From the NCBI RefSeq assembly GCF_000150275.1, contig NW_002060944.1, forward strand, positions 1,350,911-1,414,910: a stretch of 64,000 bases of DNA, written 5' to 3'. The DNA comes from Trichoplax adhaerens (taxonomy: Eukaryota; Animalia; Placozoa). Below are positions 13,566 through 26,556 of the stretch, one piece after another (the stretch's first letter is position 1; every line of letters starts with the position of its first letter). The translations under genes and the position numbers were made by a program. The notes beneath the pieces are model-generated. The model did no database searches and was not told the DNA's origin. It was given only the letters and a program-made list of their open reading frames with translations.

Positions 13566-14693
13566 TTAATATAAGCATCTCAATACAATTACTACAATAC
13601 GTACTGTAAACATCTTCCATAATTAGACACGTATGCAGTCTCACAACCTGGCGTACAATTTATCTATTTTCCATAATCTTAGTCTTAAGCTTATTTGGGA
13701 CTTCACTACAGAAGCAGATACATGACACAGAACTAAACTTTGTTAACAGGCCGGAATCAAATAAAAATGTTTGAAGTAAGATTGAATATGGTAATAAAAC
13801 TCTTGCTGTGAAATCAGTATATCACTAAGTTTATCCGAGACAACCGCATATCTAGAAAAATATTATGGCCTTGTTTATTTCCTGGAATAATCTCTTTACG
13901 TGCAAAAATTTTGCAGCAAGAGCTATTAAATGTAGCCTTTTAACAAAAAATAACTGCTTAGGTGAATGCTGTCAAATAGTTTATATTAATCTAATCAGTA
14001 ATGGGTAATATCTATCATATATTTTTACTTTAATACAGGCGTAACTGTTCCAATGCCCTAGGTAACATCGCGATAGATTGTATACTTTCTTTCATATAAT
14101 CATTATTACTGCTAACCGTTACACTGCGGATAGTTGATTCTGATTTGTCATCAAATTCGTATTATTAAAGTTCGAGCCACAGATATAAGGTTACTTATTC
14201 GGAGATTAAAGGTATCTGAAGACTGCATATATTCTCATATCAGCGTATTTTAAGTAGATAAATTGTCCTAATCTGATAAGGTTAAAATAATATGTATATT
14301 TGATAAAGTGTCTTGTCAAAAATATAACAAGAACTACAGTTTCTTGTTAACTTCACTTTATAACAAAGGAAAAGGTTCATTTCGCAACTGCTAATGACGA
14401 TCTAACTGCAATCAAGTTACAGTTGATATCTAAATTTACTATTGCTTTATCAATTCATAATTCGCGCTTCTAATTAAAGGGTCTCAATACAGATTTTCAT
14501 AGTACTAACATAATTGGCGTAATCTATTACTATCTCAGAATCTTAATATAAGCATCTTAATACAACTACTACAATATGTACTGTAAACATCTTCCACAAT
14601 TAGACACTTATGCTATCTTAAAACCTCTTGTACAATTGATCTACTTTCGTATTATCGTATAATCTTGGTCTTAAGCTTATTTGGGCTTCACTA
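13566..14693 (+). repeat. Imperfect ~145-bp direct repeat pair (13566-13708 and 14543-14693)
   Basis: TTAATATAAGCATCT...GTACTGTAAACATCTTCCA...GTCTTAAGCTTATTTGGG occurs twice, about 975 bp apart. Confidence 0.8.
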
Positions 14694-15916
14694 TAGTATA
14701 TTGCAACGCGCTATAGACAAGATTTCTTTACGAGAAAGTCATGATCACCATTGTAGCATTCGTTTAGCATTTAGGGTTATTGAGATATTTTACAATCGTT
14801 TAAACAACGATTTGATGGTAAAGGTTTAAATTGGATGGGTATCAGTGTATTTTATGTTTTATTTCTTTACTGCAGTGGTAAAAATCTCACCTGAATTGAA
14901 ATAATTTGTTTTAATGACTTATAAAATCTTTATCACATGATAGTTAATAAGATAATTGGGTATTTCACTAATAATCCGTATAAACAATGCTAAAGATGCA
15001 TTTCATCAGCCTCATTCAGAATCGATGCAGAATCATTTTGGTTATTTAAGAAATTATTCTGGATAGTCCATGGTTGTAATGTGTGACACAGATATAATAG
15101 TTTTCTTAATTGTATAATAAAATACATCATTCATTTATACGATGACTAGGCTATACAGAATTACCTATGGCAGCGTAAGCTTTTAATTAATAAAGTTATC
15201 ACAATTGCGCGCAGTTAGGAAGTTGAAAAATTAGAAATTGATTGGAAATTTCTAGGCGTACAGTTTATTATGAACCTACAGTCCATGGACAAAAGATTTA
15301 TATTAAAGGCATCGAATTCAGACTAGATTCCAGTTTTTTATGAATAATCATATTATAGATTTGTCAAGTTTATATCGGAAATTGAGTTTAATATCAACGC
15401 TGTCAGATAATTTTATTCTAGAGGATTATACTACTAATAAATAATTCAACATTGCTTGTCTTTACTAACTTAAATCAAGTTATGAAGTAATTGATTAAAG
15501 TAATTAAAATTGTTTAAGAGTTGAAACTTATTGCAATTGTATTCAACACATTACTGACTTACATTAAAATTATGACGACTCATTGCGTTAATAGGCAATT
15601 TTTGAAATCAACAATTTCGTTACGTTGTGTTTACGAATAATGATTCTGTCATACGAATAAAAGGATTTTATTGATAGTTGTTACTGGCTAATTGCTTGGA
15701 TTGTTTAATCATCAATGAGTATTGGCATTATTTTGCACTAAAGACAGGCACTGATGTTTGTCATAAGTAGCCATTAGGTGATTCGGACAGTTTTATTATC
15801 GAAACAAGAAGGATTCAGATCAAAGTCCAAGCTCCGATCACGCCATTTATATGCTGACAATAACTGCAGCCATCAGTCACAGTGCCGTAACTATGATTTT
15901 ATGAAGAGTAATACTG

Positions 15917-16020
15917 AGCAAAAGTGTTTGTGATGCAGATATCGTTCCTTGATACGTGGTTCAAGGAATTGACTTATTGATCGTACATTATGTTATCTTG
16001 TTGCAAAGCTGTTTTGGGAT
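15917..16020 (+). mobile_element. Family A LTR fragment (3' end)
   Basis: GAGCAAAAGTGTTTGTGAT...GATATCGTTCCTTGATACGTG...AAAGCTGTTTTG matches ~26448-26556. Confidence 0.8.
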
Positions 16021-17114
16021 ATGCTTATAGTGAAAATAAATCTGAGATATAAGGTCTCCAAGACGATTGTTGGTTCTTATTATTAAAATAAGTTACTAAA
16101 ATAAAAGTGGCAAATCAATCAATTTGCGAAATTTGTGTCGATAAGTTGCAATATCTGATTGAAATGTTTATTCATTACCGTATGGAATTTAAGTAGCTAT
16201 CGTAGTTCATATTAAAATTTAATTCTATTGCCAACTGTAATTTAATAAATTTTATTGCCATTTATATAAAATTTTGTATCCAAAGGTACAACATAATGGG
16301 TCACTTATTCATATTTAAGTGGGACGGTACGAATTTGGCTACTAAATTAGCAATCTACATAAAATGTACTCGCATTTTCTTCATTAATACGGTAAATAAA
16401 AGTCCATCATCGTGCAGCCTATTCTAATGCATTGATGAGCATAAGCTATCAAGCGAAAAATAAATAAATAGATTGTCAAACATTTTTATTAGAGCAGAAA
16501 TTTCGATAAGTATTATTATTAGAATCCACTTCTCTCAGTAAGAATCAGCTACGTTATGAACGGACTCATGATAGTGATATTTAATATTGCAATAATAATT
16601 TATCTATAGTTTGCTTTAATCATTCTAATTCTAATTTTTGTTAATTAAGGACAGAATCGTTAGCAAAATACTAGATCGGAAATTAGTTAAGTGATACTTA
16701 ATATCCGGTCATGCTCCTGAAATGACTCAAATTTAAGAATTACATGATTATCCATACAGTATTGATAGAATTCCCTGCAAAGCATAGTCATGCACATTAG
16801 AAGAATACTCTTACGCCAGGTATTTTAAAAGTAGCTAATAATCACTGTTACTATTAATCGTACGTGTAAAATAGGATTTGCAGCAGACATGGTATAATAG
16901 ATTTCTGTAGCTCACTACATGAATATGAAATTTTTATTTCTAAAAATGAAAGTATGACGCATATTATAGCAGTGGCGTCGGCAATAAGTAGTGGCACACA
17001 CATCAGGATTTTCTTTTCAGAACTGAATAGTAAACTAAATTCGTATTATATAGAATTTATTTATTTAAACTATAATTTCTTTCGTAATTCATTTTGATCT
17101 AATCGTAGTAATGA

Positions 17115-17590
17115 TGTATAAAGTAACGCAGTATTGTGATTGTAGATTATTGATCGTACTAAGTATGATGTACGGTAGTGTCGTTTCTATTTTTATCTAA
17201 TGATATATTTATTAGCCCACAATTATAGACTGTTATGGTAGACTCTATGCTAGAGTACGGATAACTATATACAGTAGGACGTTGAGCTACTAATGAGACT
17301 AGAGGTAAAAATAGAAATGAAAACCATATATTAGGATATGGTTAGTTCAATGTACTTTGAGTGATGGGATAATGTCAACGAAAATACTGTAATCGTTTCC
17401 ATTTTAGATTAATGATGATTCGCTGTAAAATAGTGTTACTAATATTAACTTGATTATGTATAAAATAAGGTAAATGCTGCTATGATGATCGTAGCAGTGA
17501 AGGCTGCGGAGAGTATAAGAGTAGGCGACATTAAGCTACTCTAGCCGAATATAACTACTGAAAGACTTCTAGAATGAACAGATAACCCAA
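17115..17590 (+). mobile_element. Family B LTR copy, diverged, with an inverted distal segment
   Basis: Colinear with 10185-~10590 up to ~17530. Segment 17536-17590 (CTACTCTAGCCGAATA...) matches the reverse complement of ~10600-10651. Confidence 0.72.
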
Positions 17591-18740
17591 ATTGTATGGA
17601 AAAATCATTCAATTTATAGTAAGCTTACTTAAACATTAATTATCACTCTATAGATAATAGTATAAACTAAGCAGTTACCGGTATCTGCTAAAAGTATGTA
17701 TATCTAATGTCATAGAAATCGGTATGTTATCTGAGGAAAATATGATAAATATTTTGTAAGAAAAGTCACCTTGTTACGTTACAGTACATTATCCTATAAT
17801 TCTATATGCTTTATACTGTAAGATAAAAAAGGTTTTGTATATAACAGCTATAGCATCAAAGCCAAAAGGATATACCAACAGAAAAATACTTTAATGTGTG
17901 TAACTGTAAATATGGAATGATGGTAAAGAAGAGAGTAAACGACACGACCATATCGTTACGTAACTTTTTATTATTTTTTGGCATGGCACCGGCGGAAAGT
18001 TATTGCTAGTTATCGGTAATGGAGAAAAGCGTCTAACTTAAACAGAGATTAGCTCTATGGCTACCGAAAGCAATTTCATTCCGAATGTAGAAATACAGTA
18101 TTAGTGCTCGTGCATCATTTCTTGGTATTACAGTAGTTAACGTTTTTCAGTTCAATTTTAAAAATATGCATCCTATTTTTAATGTTTCCAGTGCATATCA
18201 CTGTCAGTGTCAAAGCTAATTTTGTGATAACTATATCAGAAAATGTATTTGCAATCAATAAATACAATTAAATTGTGGTTGATAGTAACTTCCAACAGAA
18301 TTTACTTAATCTTATACGAGAATCATATGGAATAGAAAAGATGACTAGAATAAGTTACCTTAAAAACATATTGCTACCGGTACACCAGAATTTAATTATC
18401 GTACGTTGATAGTTCATTTTTTGACCAGTTTTCGGCAATATTCGATTAGATAAACCGATAAAGGTGCTGATAAAAATTCGTAAGGTACTGTGCTCTTTAC
18501 TAAAATGAAACTAGAACACCAATATTATTCTACAATAAACTTTATTTATGTATGAATCATGTTGCAAACTCTAAGTACACCTGGCTCTCGTCGAGATGTA
18601 AAAGTGTTATACAAAATAATCAATTCAGTCCGATGGCATTTTAACGATAACGGTACTATCGCATGAACGTTAAGCCTGTCTTTCCATGGTAATGTATGTC
18701 ATTTTATCTTACAATTAAGCCTTAGATTTCGATATCGAAT

Positions 18741-19349
18741 TGTTGGGTTCAGCCCAAGACAAGAAAACCTGGGTCTTTGAATCTGTACGAATACTAAGGC
18801 TACAACAGCCAAATATGCCTCCAACGGGCATAGTGTAGACTAAACTTAGGCTTTTTAAAATAGTTTATTAAATAAAGGTAGTCTTGACATCCAAGACTAC
18901 TCTATCTACAAGCGTACTCTACACGGTCAATCGTCAACTTAATAGCTAATGAGAGCACTGGGCTTTATATACCCTAGCTCGGTTGCACCCGGTGCACAGC
19001 TTAGATAAATAACCCTAAAAATATATAGCTTTCGTATAGCCGGCTGTCTATATGGTTCAGTATGGCAGACGGTGTAAACAACGCTAATGAGTTACGAACT
19101 AATTAAGAGCCAATTAACAATCAAAGGCTCGGCACAAAGTAACCGAAATTACTATGTGTGAATATTAGTTGTCACCTCTTTAAATATACCATTCTGCACA
19201 GAGTCTACAACACGTATAACTAGACTGCTAACAACGTTACAATTATCGAATATCTAATAAATAAAGGTTGTTAACAATTAATAAAATCTTAATTAATAAT
19301 TAATAAAATTAACGCTACAATTAATTTACGGAGTCTGTACTCCGTCACA
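18741..19349 (-). mobile_element. Putative solo LTR, family C
   Basis: 609 bp with TG...CA termini (TGTTGG...GTCACA) and flanks CGAAT / CGATT (4/5 TSD). GC-richer than the flanks. GGCTTTATATACC resembles the TATA-like motif in the 29666 LTR. Single copy in the window. Confidence 0.55.
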
Positions 19350-19835
19350 CGATTATTAAAGTTCTTTTTGGGGTTCTAATTTAATATCGTACGGATCATT
19401 TATAGCTAGTCACCCCATAACATGAATGCCTAAAATATTATATTAGCTGCGGTATATAATTCCTTATAATTTGTTAAAATTTCATCACCATTTAGTTTAA
19501 TACTGCTTTCTGCTATTATCTAAAATTCTGCACGACACTTAGCATATCAAAAAGTAATTCATATTATGAAATTAATGCCAATAAAATCGTAACAAATAAA
19601 ATCATACCGGTGCTATATAAAGAATTTGAAAATATGAAGATCCCATCGTATCTATATAATAAATTTCGTATGGTATGACAGCATCACTACGTGATTTTTT
19701 GTAGTTATCAGCAATTGGCATTCAAAATAATTCAGATGATACTTAAACTAAATCAGCAGAAATGATAGGAAACATGATTTTAAGTTTTAAAATTGACAAT
19801 AACCATAAAGTTTAAGGTAGACAATTAGGACACGA

Positions 19836-20843
19836 TTAAGAAGCTCTAATATGAATAATGGGTGATTTCTGTTCACTATGCCACTGACATAAATCACGAC
19901 GAAAGTTTTGATTTGCGATGATATACATTATCGGATCATACAATGGTGATGATAAGGATAAAACTTGAGCTACTTGAGAAACAATACTTAATGTTTCGTC
20001 ATGAGTGATGAGCGTTTCTGTATTGTTGAAAGGTGAGTAAGCGATTAGACTTATTCCTAATGTCCAAGGCAATGCAGTGATAATAAAAGATACTGTTACA
20101 AAAACTAACATTTTTATCACTCTTTGCACATGACGATCGCCATCAGTTAAAGATTTCTTAAGACGACTTGTCACTAAGGCAGTCTTCCTCAATTTTATAA
20201 CTATCTTTGTATAGCAATAGAGCATAATGGAGAGAGGAATAACATAGTCCATTAGATTTAATATTGTTGCATAAGCTCGAATGAGGTATTTTGGCCCTTG
20301 ATTATCTAAAATACAATCATATTTATTATATCGATCAGCTCCTGCTAGAGAGATAGATGGCGACGCTAATAAGATACTTACTACCCATACCAATAGTAAC
20401 ACTAAGCGTAACTTTTTACCAAATAACTTTGGTAAAGTTGGATGAATGATGGTGCGATAGCGTTCAATACTCATTACAGTTAAAGTACCTACTGATGTGG
20501 AATAGCAGATAATCCAAACGAAAATGCCTAATTTGCAGGTTGTATCTCTAAGTGAAAAAGACCAATTTTCGTTAACATCAGGAAGATAAAATATAATGAT
20601 GAGGGTAATTAAAGACTGTGTGACGTACAGTAAATCGGATAAAACCAGATGGCTGATGAGATGGTGAGTAGCAAGATGTGAATGGCGATTTTTAATCATG
20701 ATTGCCATTACTAGACTGTTAATTGCCAGTCCTAATAGACTTATGATAGTCATACAAACAAGAAAGATTGTCGAGTAACTGGGCTGGATTCGACTGGTGC
20801 CATTGATAAGTAAATGGCTTCCATTGTTTATTGAAAAATTCAT
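19836..20843 (-). CDS. Class A orphan GPCR, intronless CDS, 335 aa
   Basis: N-terminal sequons (NFS, NGS, NGT); GLAIN, LVLSD, CKL...SIERY, YDC, YVIP, TALPW, DPIMY. Confidence 0.93.
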   Translation of the reverse strand: MNFSINNGSHLLINGTSRIQPSYSTIFLVCMTIISLLGLAINSLVMAIMIKNRHSHLATHHLISHLVLSDLLYVTQSLITLIIIFYLPDVNENWSFSLRDTTCKLGIFVWIICYSTSVGTLTVMSIERYRTIIHPTLPKLFGKKLRLVLLLVWVVSILLASPSISLAGADRYNKYDCILDNQGPKYLIRAYATILNLMDYVIPLSIMLYCYTKIVIKLRKTALVTSRLKKSLTDGDRHVQRVIKMLVFVTVSFIITALPWTLGISLIAYSPFNNTETLITHDETLSIVSQVAQVLSLSSPLYDPIMYIIANQNFRRDLCQWHSEQKSPIIHIRAS

Positions 20844-21601
20844 ATTAATATAGTCTATATCGTATCAAATTCTTCCAATAGTAAATACATATAATGTTCC
20901 TTAGATCAATCCAAAATATGAAGTACTACAGAAGGGCACTGATTAAATGTGCGATCTGTTAAATGATAGCGATAATCTATACGATGGCCTTAATCTCTGC
21001 TAATAATATCATCATGCACGGTATATGGTAAATACTTTACTTTGTATATGTCACATGGTACGTTATAATATGCCTATCTAATTACAGATATAATAATTAA
21101 ATCGGTATATTCTTGAGGTGACTGTTTATAACCTTTTAAAGATAAGCAGGATATACGCATGTTTACTGACTATCATTCGTATTTCCATTATACCAAGTTA
21201 GTGCTTTCAGCTAAATTACTACTCATTCCTCATCAGATTTCCGAAAATATATTATGTAGTGGGAAGAAGCAAATACGAATAAATGACAAGGTAAAAACTA
21301 CGCTCTATCTGGATACGTTTTTCAGTTGTCTCTATTTCTAGATTGGAAATAAATTTCTGTCAATCTCAATAATTAAACGATACAACCCATAGTGACCCCT
21401 GATGTGTATAATTAATAGAATTTATTGGGGATTATTGACCTCTCTAGCTCTGAATCTTATGTATTACTGGTGAAGCTTAAATACACCTACACAAGATAAG
21501 TGACTAGAGATTATTTCTAAAGTCAGAGAACCTAAGTTAAGCGTTTCAGAAAATATCTAATTGATAAAAACAATTAATAACCTAGCTATTGAGTATGGCT
21601 T

Positions 21602-22243
21602 TGTTACAAAACAGCTTTGCAATAAAATAATGTAATGTCCGATCAATAAGGTGATTCCCTGAACCACGTATCAGGGAGCAATACCTACTCTATCAGGAAT
21701 ACTTTTCCAATACTCTTAGACTACACAAAGACTTAGACGCTTTGTGTTTTAGTTAAACGCTAATCTTAAGAACTAAATTTATTATACGGTATACCGCATT
21801 TATATACCCTTTTACAATAGTTCAGACATCCTAGTTAGTAATATTAATGTTCGAACTTTCCAATGAATCAAAAGCTAATTTTTACCTACTGCTACCCAAT
21901 GAAGACAACAGTATTTACGAAGATAGACATCTAATGACTAATATAAGATAGTCAAATTACAATATTTCTAATCCCGGAAAGCTTCCACGATAATCTACAA
22001 TCTACTATAAGCAAGTTACAATCATAGTAATCTGAATTGTAAGTAAATTACTCTGGATTTTCTAATTTATTTATTAATTTCAGTATATGTATGTATATCG
22101 CAGCCATAAAAGCTAGCGCTATATTTAAACATCACATATCTAAATTAGAAATTCACTAAATAAGGGTAAGCCAACAAAATTATCCTCAGATAGATATTTC
22201 TACTGTACTCTAATCTCGATATTACAGTGTGTAATACTGTAAA
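21602..22243 (-). mobile_element. Diverged family A solo LTR
   Basis: TGTTACAAAACAGCTTTGCAA...GAACCACGTATCAGG...ACTACACAAAGACTT... is colinear with 2927-3555 over ~640 bp. No clean TSD; right end approximate. Confidence 0.75.
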
Positions 22244-22448
22244 AGACATCCAATAGCAGGATAGGCTTGCATGTAAGCAATTCAATAGTTTAAAGATATG
22301 GCAGAACAAAATACATAAATTTCAAATGTTATTGCCCTGTTATACTGTCATTCTAAATTGAGATCGACTTGGTGTTTAATACATCATTATCAAATATTTC
22401 GTGGATTTTAAGAAATCCCTGTTACCTAGTTTGTCAACTCCAATATCA

Positions 22449-22590
22449 TGTGATAAAATCCGATCGCAAAAATTTTAAATTTGAAAAAAATTGGAACTTT
22501 ATTAGATCTTATGCAAAGATTAGCTACACACAGCTCTACTCTAGCTGAATATAACTACTGAAAGTCTTCTAGAAAGAACAGAGAACCTAA
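22449..22590 (-). mobile_element. Family B LTR 3'-end fragment
   Basis: TGTGATAAAATCCGATC...CTTTATT...CAGCTCTACTCTAGC matches the reverse complement of ~10600-10734. Confidence 0.7.
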
Positions 22591-24680
22591 TGTGACCCAG
22601 TTTATTTAAGAGGGACCAGTTGTGCTACTGTTCCTCTTGACGATCTCCTATCTTCAGGATTTAGAGTCATACTGTAGGTATGTGTCGGGGAGGACAAACC
22701 AGCCAGTAGACTCGTAGCATGATTCCTATAACAGTTTTAACATTTTTTTCTTGTTACAGATCGAAATTTGTGACAAGTACCTATTGCATAGTTGCCGAAA
22801 AACTGCATAGTATTTTAATTTAGGTGCTGTAGGTTACTGCTATCATTTTACTAGAACGCAAACAAACGTTGAACCTAATTATAATAACCCTTACCTTAAT
22901 TAGGCGGTTAAACTTATTATTAACAATTTGGAAATAAGCATGTAGTTGACAATTTTGCAGGCTATTGTTTATGGATAAAAGATTAGCCAAGTAGCAGACA
23001 TATAATAGAGAGCTATGATCTGCAATTATTTTAGTGCCACCTACCTAGCCAAAGTTCATACGTGATCCCGGTACTTTACTTTATTATCACTTGCAGCTAT
23101 TAATTTTTTCATATGTTAACTCCAAGAGGGGCCACAATAACTTTAAGTTATTCATGATCTAGCACAATTTTGCCACGTGGTCTGTCCTATACAATTTAAG
23201 ATAATGCAATGATATATGACACTTTTTCTTCTTTATAACTAACTAGAAAATTATTGCTAAAAATTGATTGATAATGCTATTATAAATACTATTCAAAATG
23301 AAACGTAGCTTACGAATCTCTTAATTTTTTCGTCCATTATTGTTCAGCATGTAGATATTTAAAATTCACAAGTTATGTTTTGTATCTATGGTGTAAGCTA
23401 TAGTCTGGGATGATTATTTCTTATGCCAAAGACAGACAAACGCATCTACACGCCTGTCTACTGCTTCTGCCAAAGAAGTAATGCAAATTCTAAAGAAAAC
23501 TACTGCTATTAGTTCCTTTATTAATTGCTGAAAAAATGATTGTTTAGCTAATTACCGGATCTTAGTAGTAATGACTGACAATATTAAGGTCAAGCACTAT
23601 TATATGAAGAAAGTGCTCTTCTAGAAAAGAAATTTTTGTTATAATGCCAAGATCATTATAATTCATCGTATTTCAATCTTTTAATAAAAATTATATAGCA
23701 ACCGAAAAAATAGGGAAAATAGTGGTGTTTATTTCAAATCTCCGAACTTGAGAATTCACTCATTCATTAATGATAATTAATATTAAATTAGGCATTAAAA
23801 AATCACCGGTTGTTTCTGTAAACCGATGCAAATAATGATACTTAAGATTCATATAAATGGTGTGCTGCAATAGTCACTACTGATGTTAAATCACTTCGAT
23901 AAAATTGCAATTATAGTTATTCCATAGGACCATTATTATCAAACGAATTGATTAGTCTATGATGGTACTCCATCAAAGGTACATAATCGACATATAACCG
24001 ATTTGAAAGTCAAAATCCAGGATCTCCATTTACTCGCGTTAATTGCTTTCTGGCTGATTCGATAAAACCGATAAATTTAGCGGATGCTAACATAATATAC
24101 TTAACTAGAGAAAGAAGTAGCCATCCATTCGAATTCGTTCGCCGATCGATTTGGTTGCATTTTTAAACCTCCCAAAATTAGTGAATAGAATCGAAATTAA
24201 AAATATATTGCGCTAAAGAGCTCTTTTTAATACACTGTACATTGTGAAATAGGGTATCGTGAGGCAAGATTAATTGTAAGCTGATATAGATCTCCAAGAT
24301 CTGCTAGGTAAGTTACTTTAAAAATGATAATTCAAGCTACTTTTTCGTTATACTATTCACCATTCGTCAGTTTATTTCTTGTTTGTTGTGCAATATTGCC
24401 AGTATATTTAGTTACATTACCGATATTAATTCACAAATAAAGTGACTTTCGTACTAAAAGAATATAATAGTTTTGTAGTGATATTTACTTCTGTACATAA
24501 GTTTGAAAGCAAATTTAAATTTGTTATCAACTAATCTAACTAGTAAAGGTTTATGATTAGCCCTGATAGTGTAGTACTAAATTGATCTATGTTTTCTCCC
24601 AGGACTATTCAATTCTTCCATAGTATTAGGTACTCATTTCGTAAAATTATCATAAAATTACAGCAAGGCGATATTTACTC

Positions 24681-25685
24681 ATGAATACAACCAATAAATT
24701 TTACAATTCTACTTTAAATCAAAACCGTTCCTTGGTGGATTTACGGTCATATTTTATTCCATTAATTGTAATTGTAACGTTAGCCGTGTTTTTAAATATG
24801 TTGGTAATTTCGATTATCATACATGGGCGAAAAAATCAAAGTGCATCACATTATCTTGTTGGTAATTTGCTTTTAGCCAATATAATCTACGCTATTCAGT
24901 TTATATTGATGTCTGTTTTATTGCTAACTTTTAATATGCGCCTACTCAATTGGCCAATATCCGCAATCGATAGGGCATGTAATTTTTCGCTTTATATTTG
25001 GGTAGCATGTTATTTGTCATCTGTTTCGACACTTACGGCCATTAGCATTGAAAGATATCAAGCTATTATTCATCCTGTAAAATATCGTTTAGATCGTAGA
25101 AAACTAAAAGTCATGCTATGTGTGTTATGGCTAGGATCTTTGGTACTTTCTTGGCCGATGTATCTTATCTCAAAAGTCGATCCATATCACCATTATGATT
25201 GCGTCATCGATACTGATTTGACACTCGCTTATACCGTTACCTACGTTACTTTACTAGATACGTTAGCATATATTATTCCATTTATAATCATGTTATATTG
25301 CTACGTCAAGATAATAACTAAGTTACGGAAAACCTCAGCGATCGCTTTACGTAATAGAACAGCGCTTTCTAACCGTGAAAAGCATAAGAGGCATGTAATT
25401 AAAATGTTAATAGTTCTTACAATTTGCTTTAGTAGTACAGTATTACCTTGGATATTTGCTACTACTTTCAGTATTTTCATTGCTTATGATTTATTACCAA
25501 TGCAACAGAATAATATCCAACTGTATAACATTTTTATACAATTTATTCCATTTTTATTTAGTTTATCCTTATTTTATAATCCGCTAATTTTTATTGCTTT
25601 TAATCGTCAATTATTTCATAATTTATTTGCTATGCGATGTAGCTGTAAAGATAGAAAAACCAATATACGTGAATTCACGAGCTAG
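24681..25685 (+). CDS. Class A orphan GPCR, intronless CDS, 334 aa
   Basis: NTT/NST/NRS sequons; LLLAN (N2.50), C...SIERY, YDC, YIIP, TVLPW, NPLIF. Confidence 0.93.
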   Translation: MNTTNKFYNSTLNQNRSLVDLRSYFIPLIVIVTLAVFLNMLVISIIIHGRKNQSASHYLVGNLLLANIIYAIQFILMSVLLLTFNMRLLNWPISAIDRACNFSLYIWVACYLSSVSTLTAISIERYQAIIHPVKYRLDRRKLKVMLCVLWLGSLVLSWPMYLISKVDPYHHYDCVIDTDLTLAYTVTYVTLLDTLAYIIPFIIMLYCYVKIITKLRKTSAIALRNRTALSNREKHKRHVIKMLIVLTICFSSTVLPWIFATTFSIFIAYDLLPMQQNNIQLYNIFIQFIPFLFSLSLFYNPLIFIAFNRQLFHNLFAMRCSCKDRKTNIREFTS

Positions 25686-25931
25686 TTATAGTACAAAATC
25701 AAATGGTGCCGAATTATTTTAATCAGGATTAAAGTAGCTCACTAGGTAAAATGTATGATAAAGGATTGTCTTAAAGCTAAAGTTTACAGCCTATTAATTT
25801 TAAGTATGAGAACTACGAATGATAGTGATATTCATGAATATATTCTTGATAGGTTGGAAAATAAATTCAATTGGATTAAAATTCTCAGAGATTCATCTCT
25901 CTGCAAGTTTATATTTTGACGAGTACTGCCG

Positions 25932-26556
25932 TATTACAGTGTTATATACTGTATTAGAGTAGAAATATCTATGTTAGGATAATTCTGTTAGACTATCCTT
26001 ATTTAGTTAACTTCTAATTTGGATATACTATGATTATTATATAGCACTGACTTTTTATGACAGAACACATATACACATACTGAGTTAATAGTCATAATAG
26101 GGAATGCAAATCATCTACTTACAGTTCGAATCATTGTGATTGTAATTTACTTATGGTAGATTGTAAATTATCGTGGAAATGTTCCGTGATAGGACATATC
26201 GTAATCTGACTATTCTGTATTAGTCACCAGATGTCTACGTTCGTAAGTACCGTTGTCTGCATTAAGGGAGCAGTAGCTATAATATCTAATTCAGCAAGTG
26301 ATTCCAAAGTTAATCGTACTAACTATGACTCATGAACTATTGAAGAATAGTATATAAATGCAGTATATCGTGTAATAAAGAGGATTCTCAAACTTAGTGT
26401 TTAACGTAAAATACGAGGCGTTTAAGTCTTTGTGTAGTCTGCTAGTAGAGCAAAAGTGTTTGTGATAGTGCAGATATCGTTCCTTGATACGTGATTCAAG
26501 GAATTGACTTATTGATCGTACATTACGTTTTCTTGTTACAAAGCTGTTTTGTGACA
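25932..26556 (+). mobile_element. Solo LTR, family A
   Basis: 625 bp, TATTAC...GTGACA (5' TG mutated to TA), perfect TSD TGCCG (25927-25931 / 26557-26561). TATATAAA at 26351 and AATAAA at ~26374. Confidence 0.85.

Noticed and set aside
22591-22733. GC-richer TGTGAC...ATAACA segment abutting the LTR-B fragment
   Set aside because: No TSD and no second copy in the window, so it cannot be called an element.
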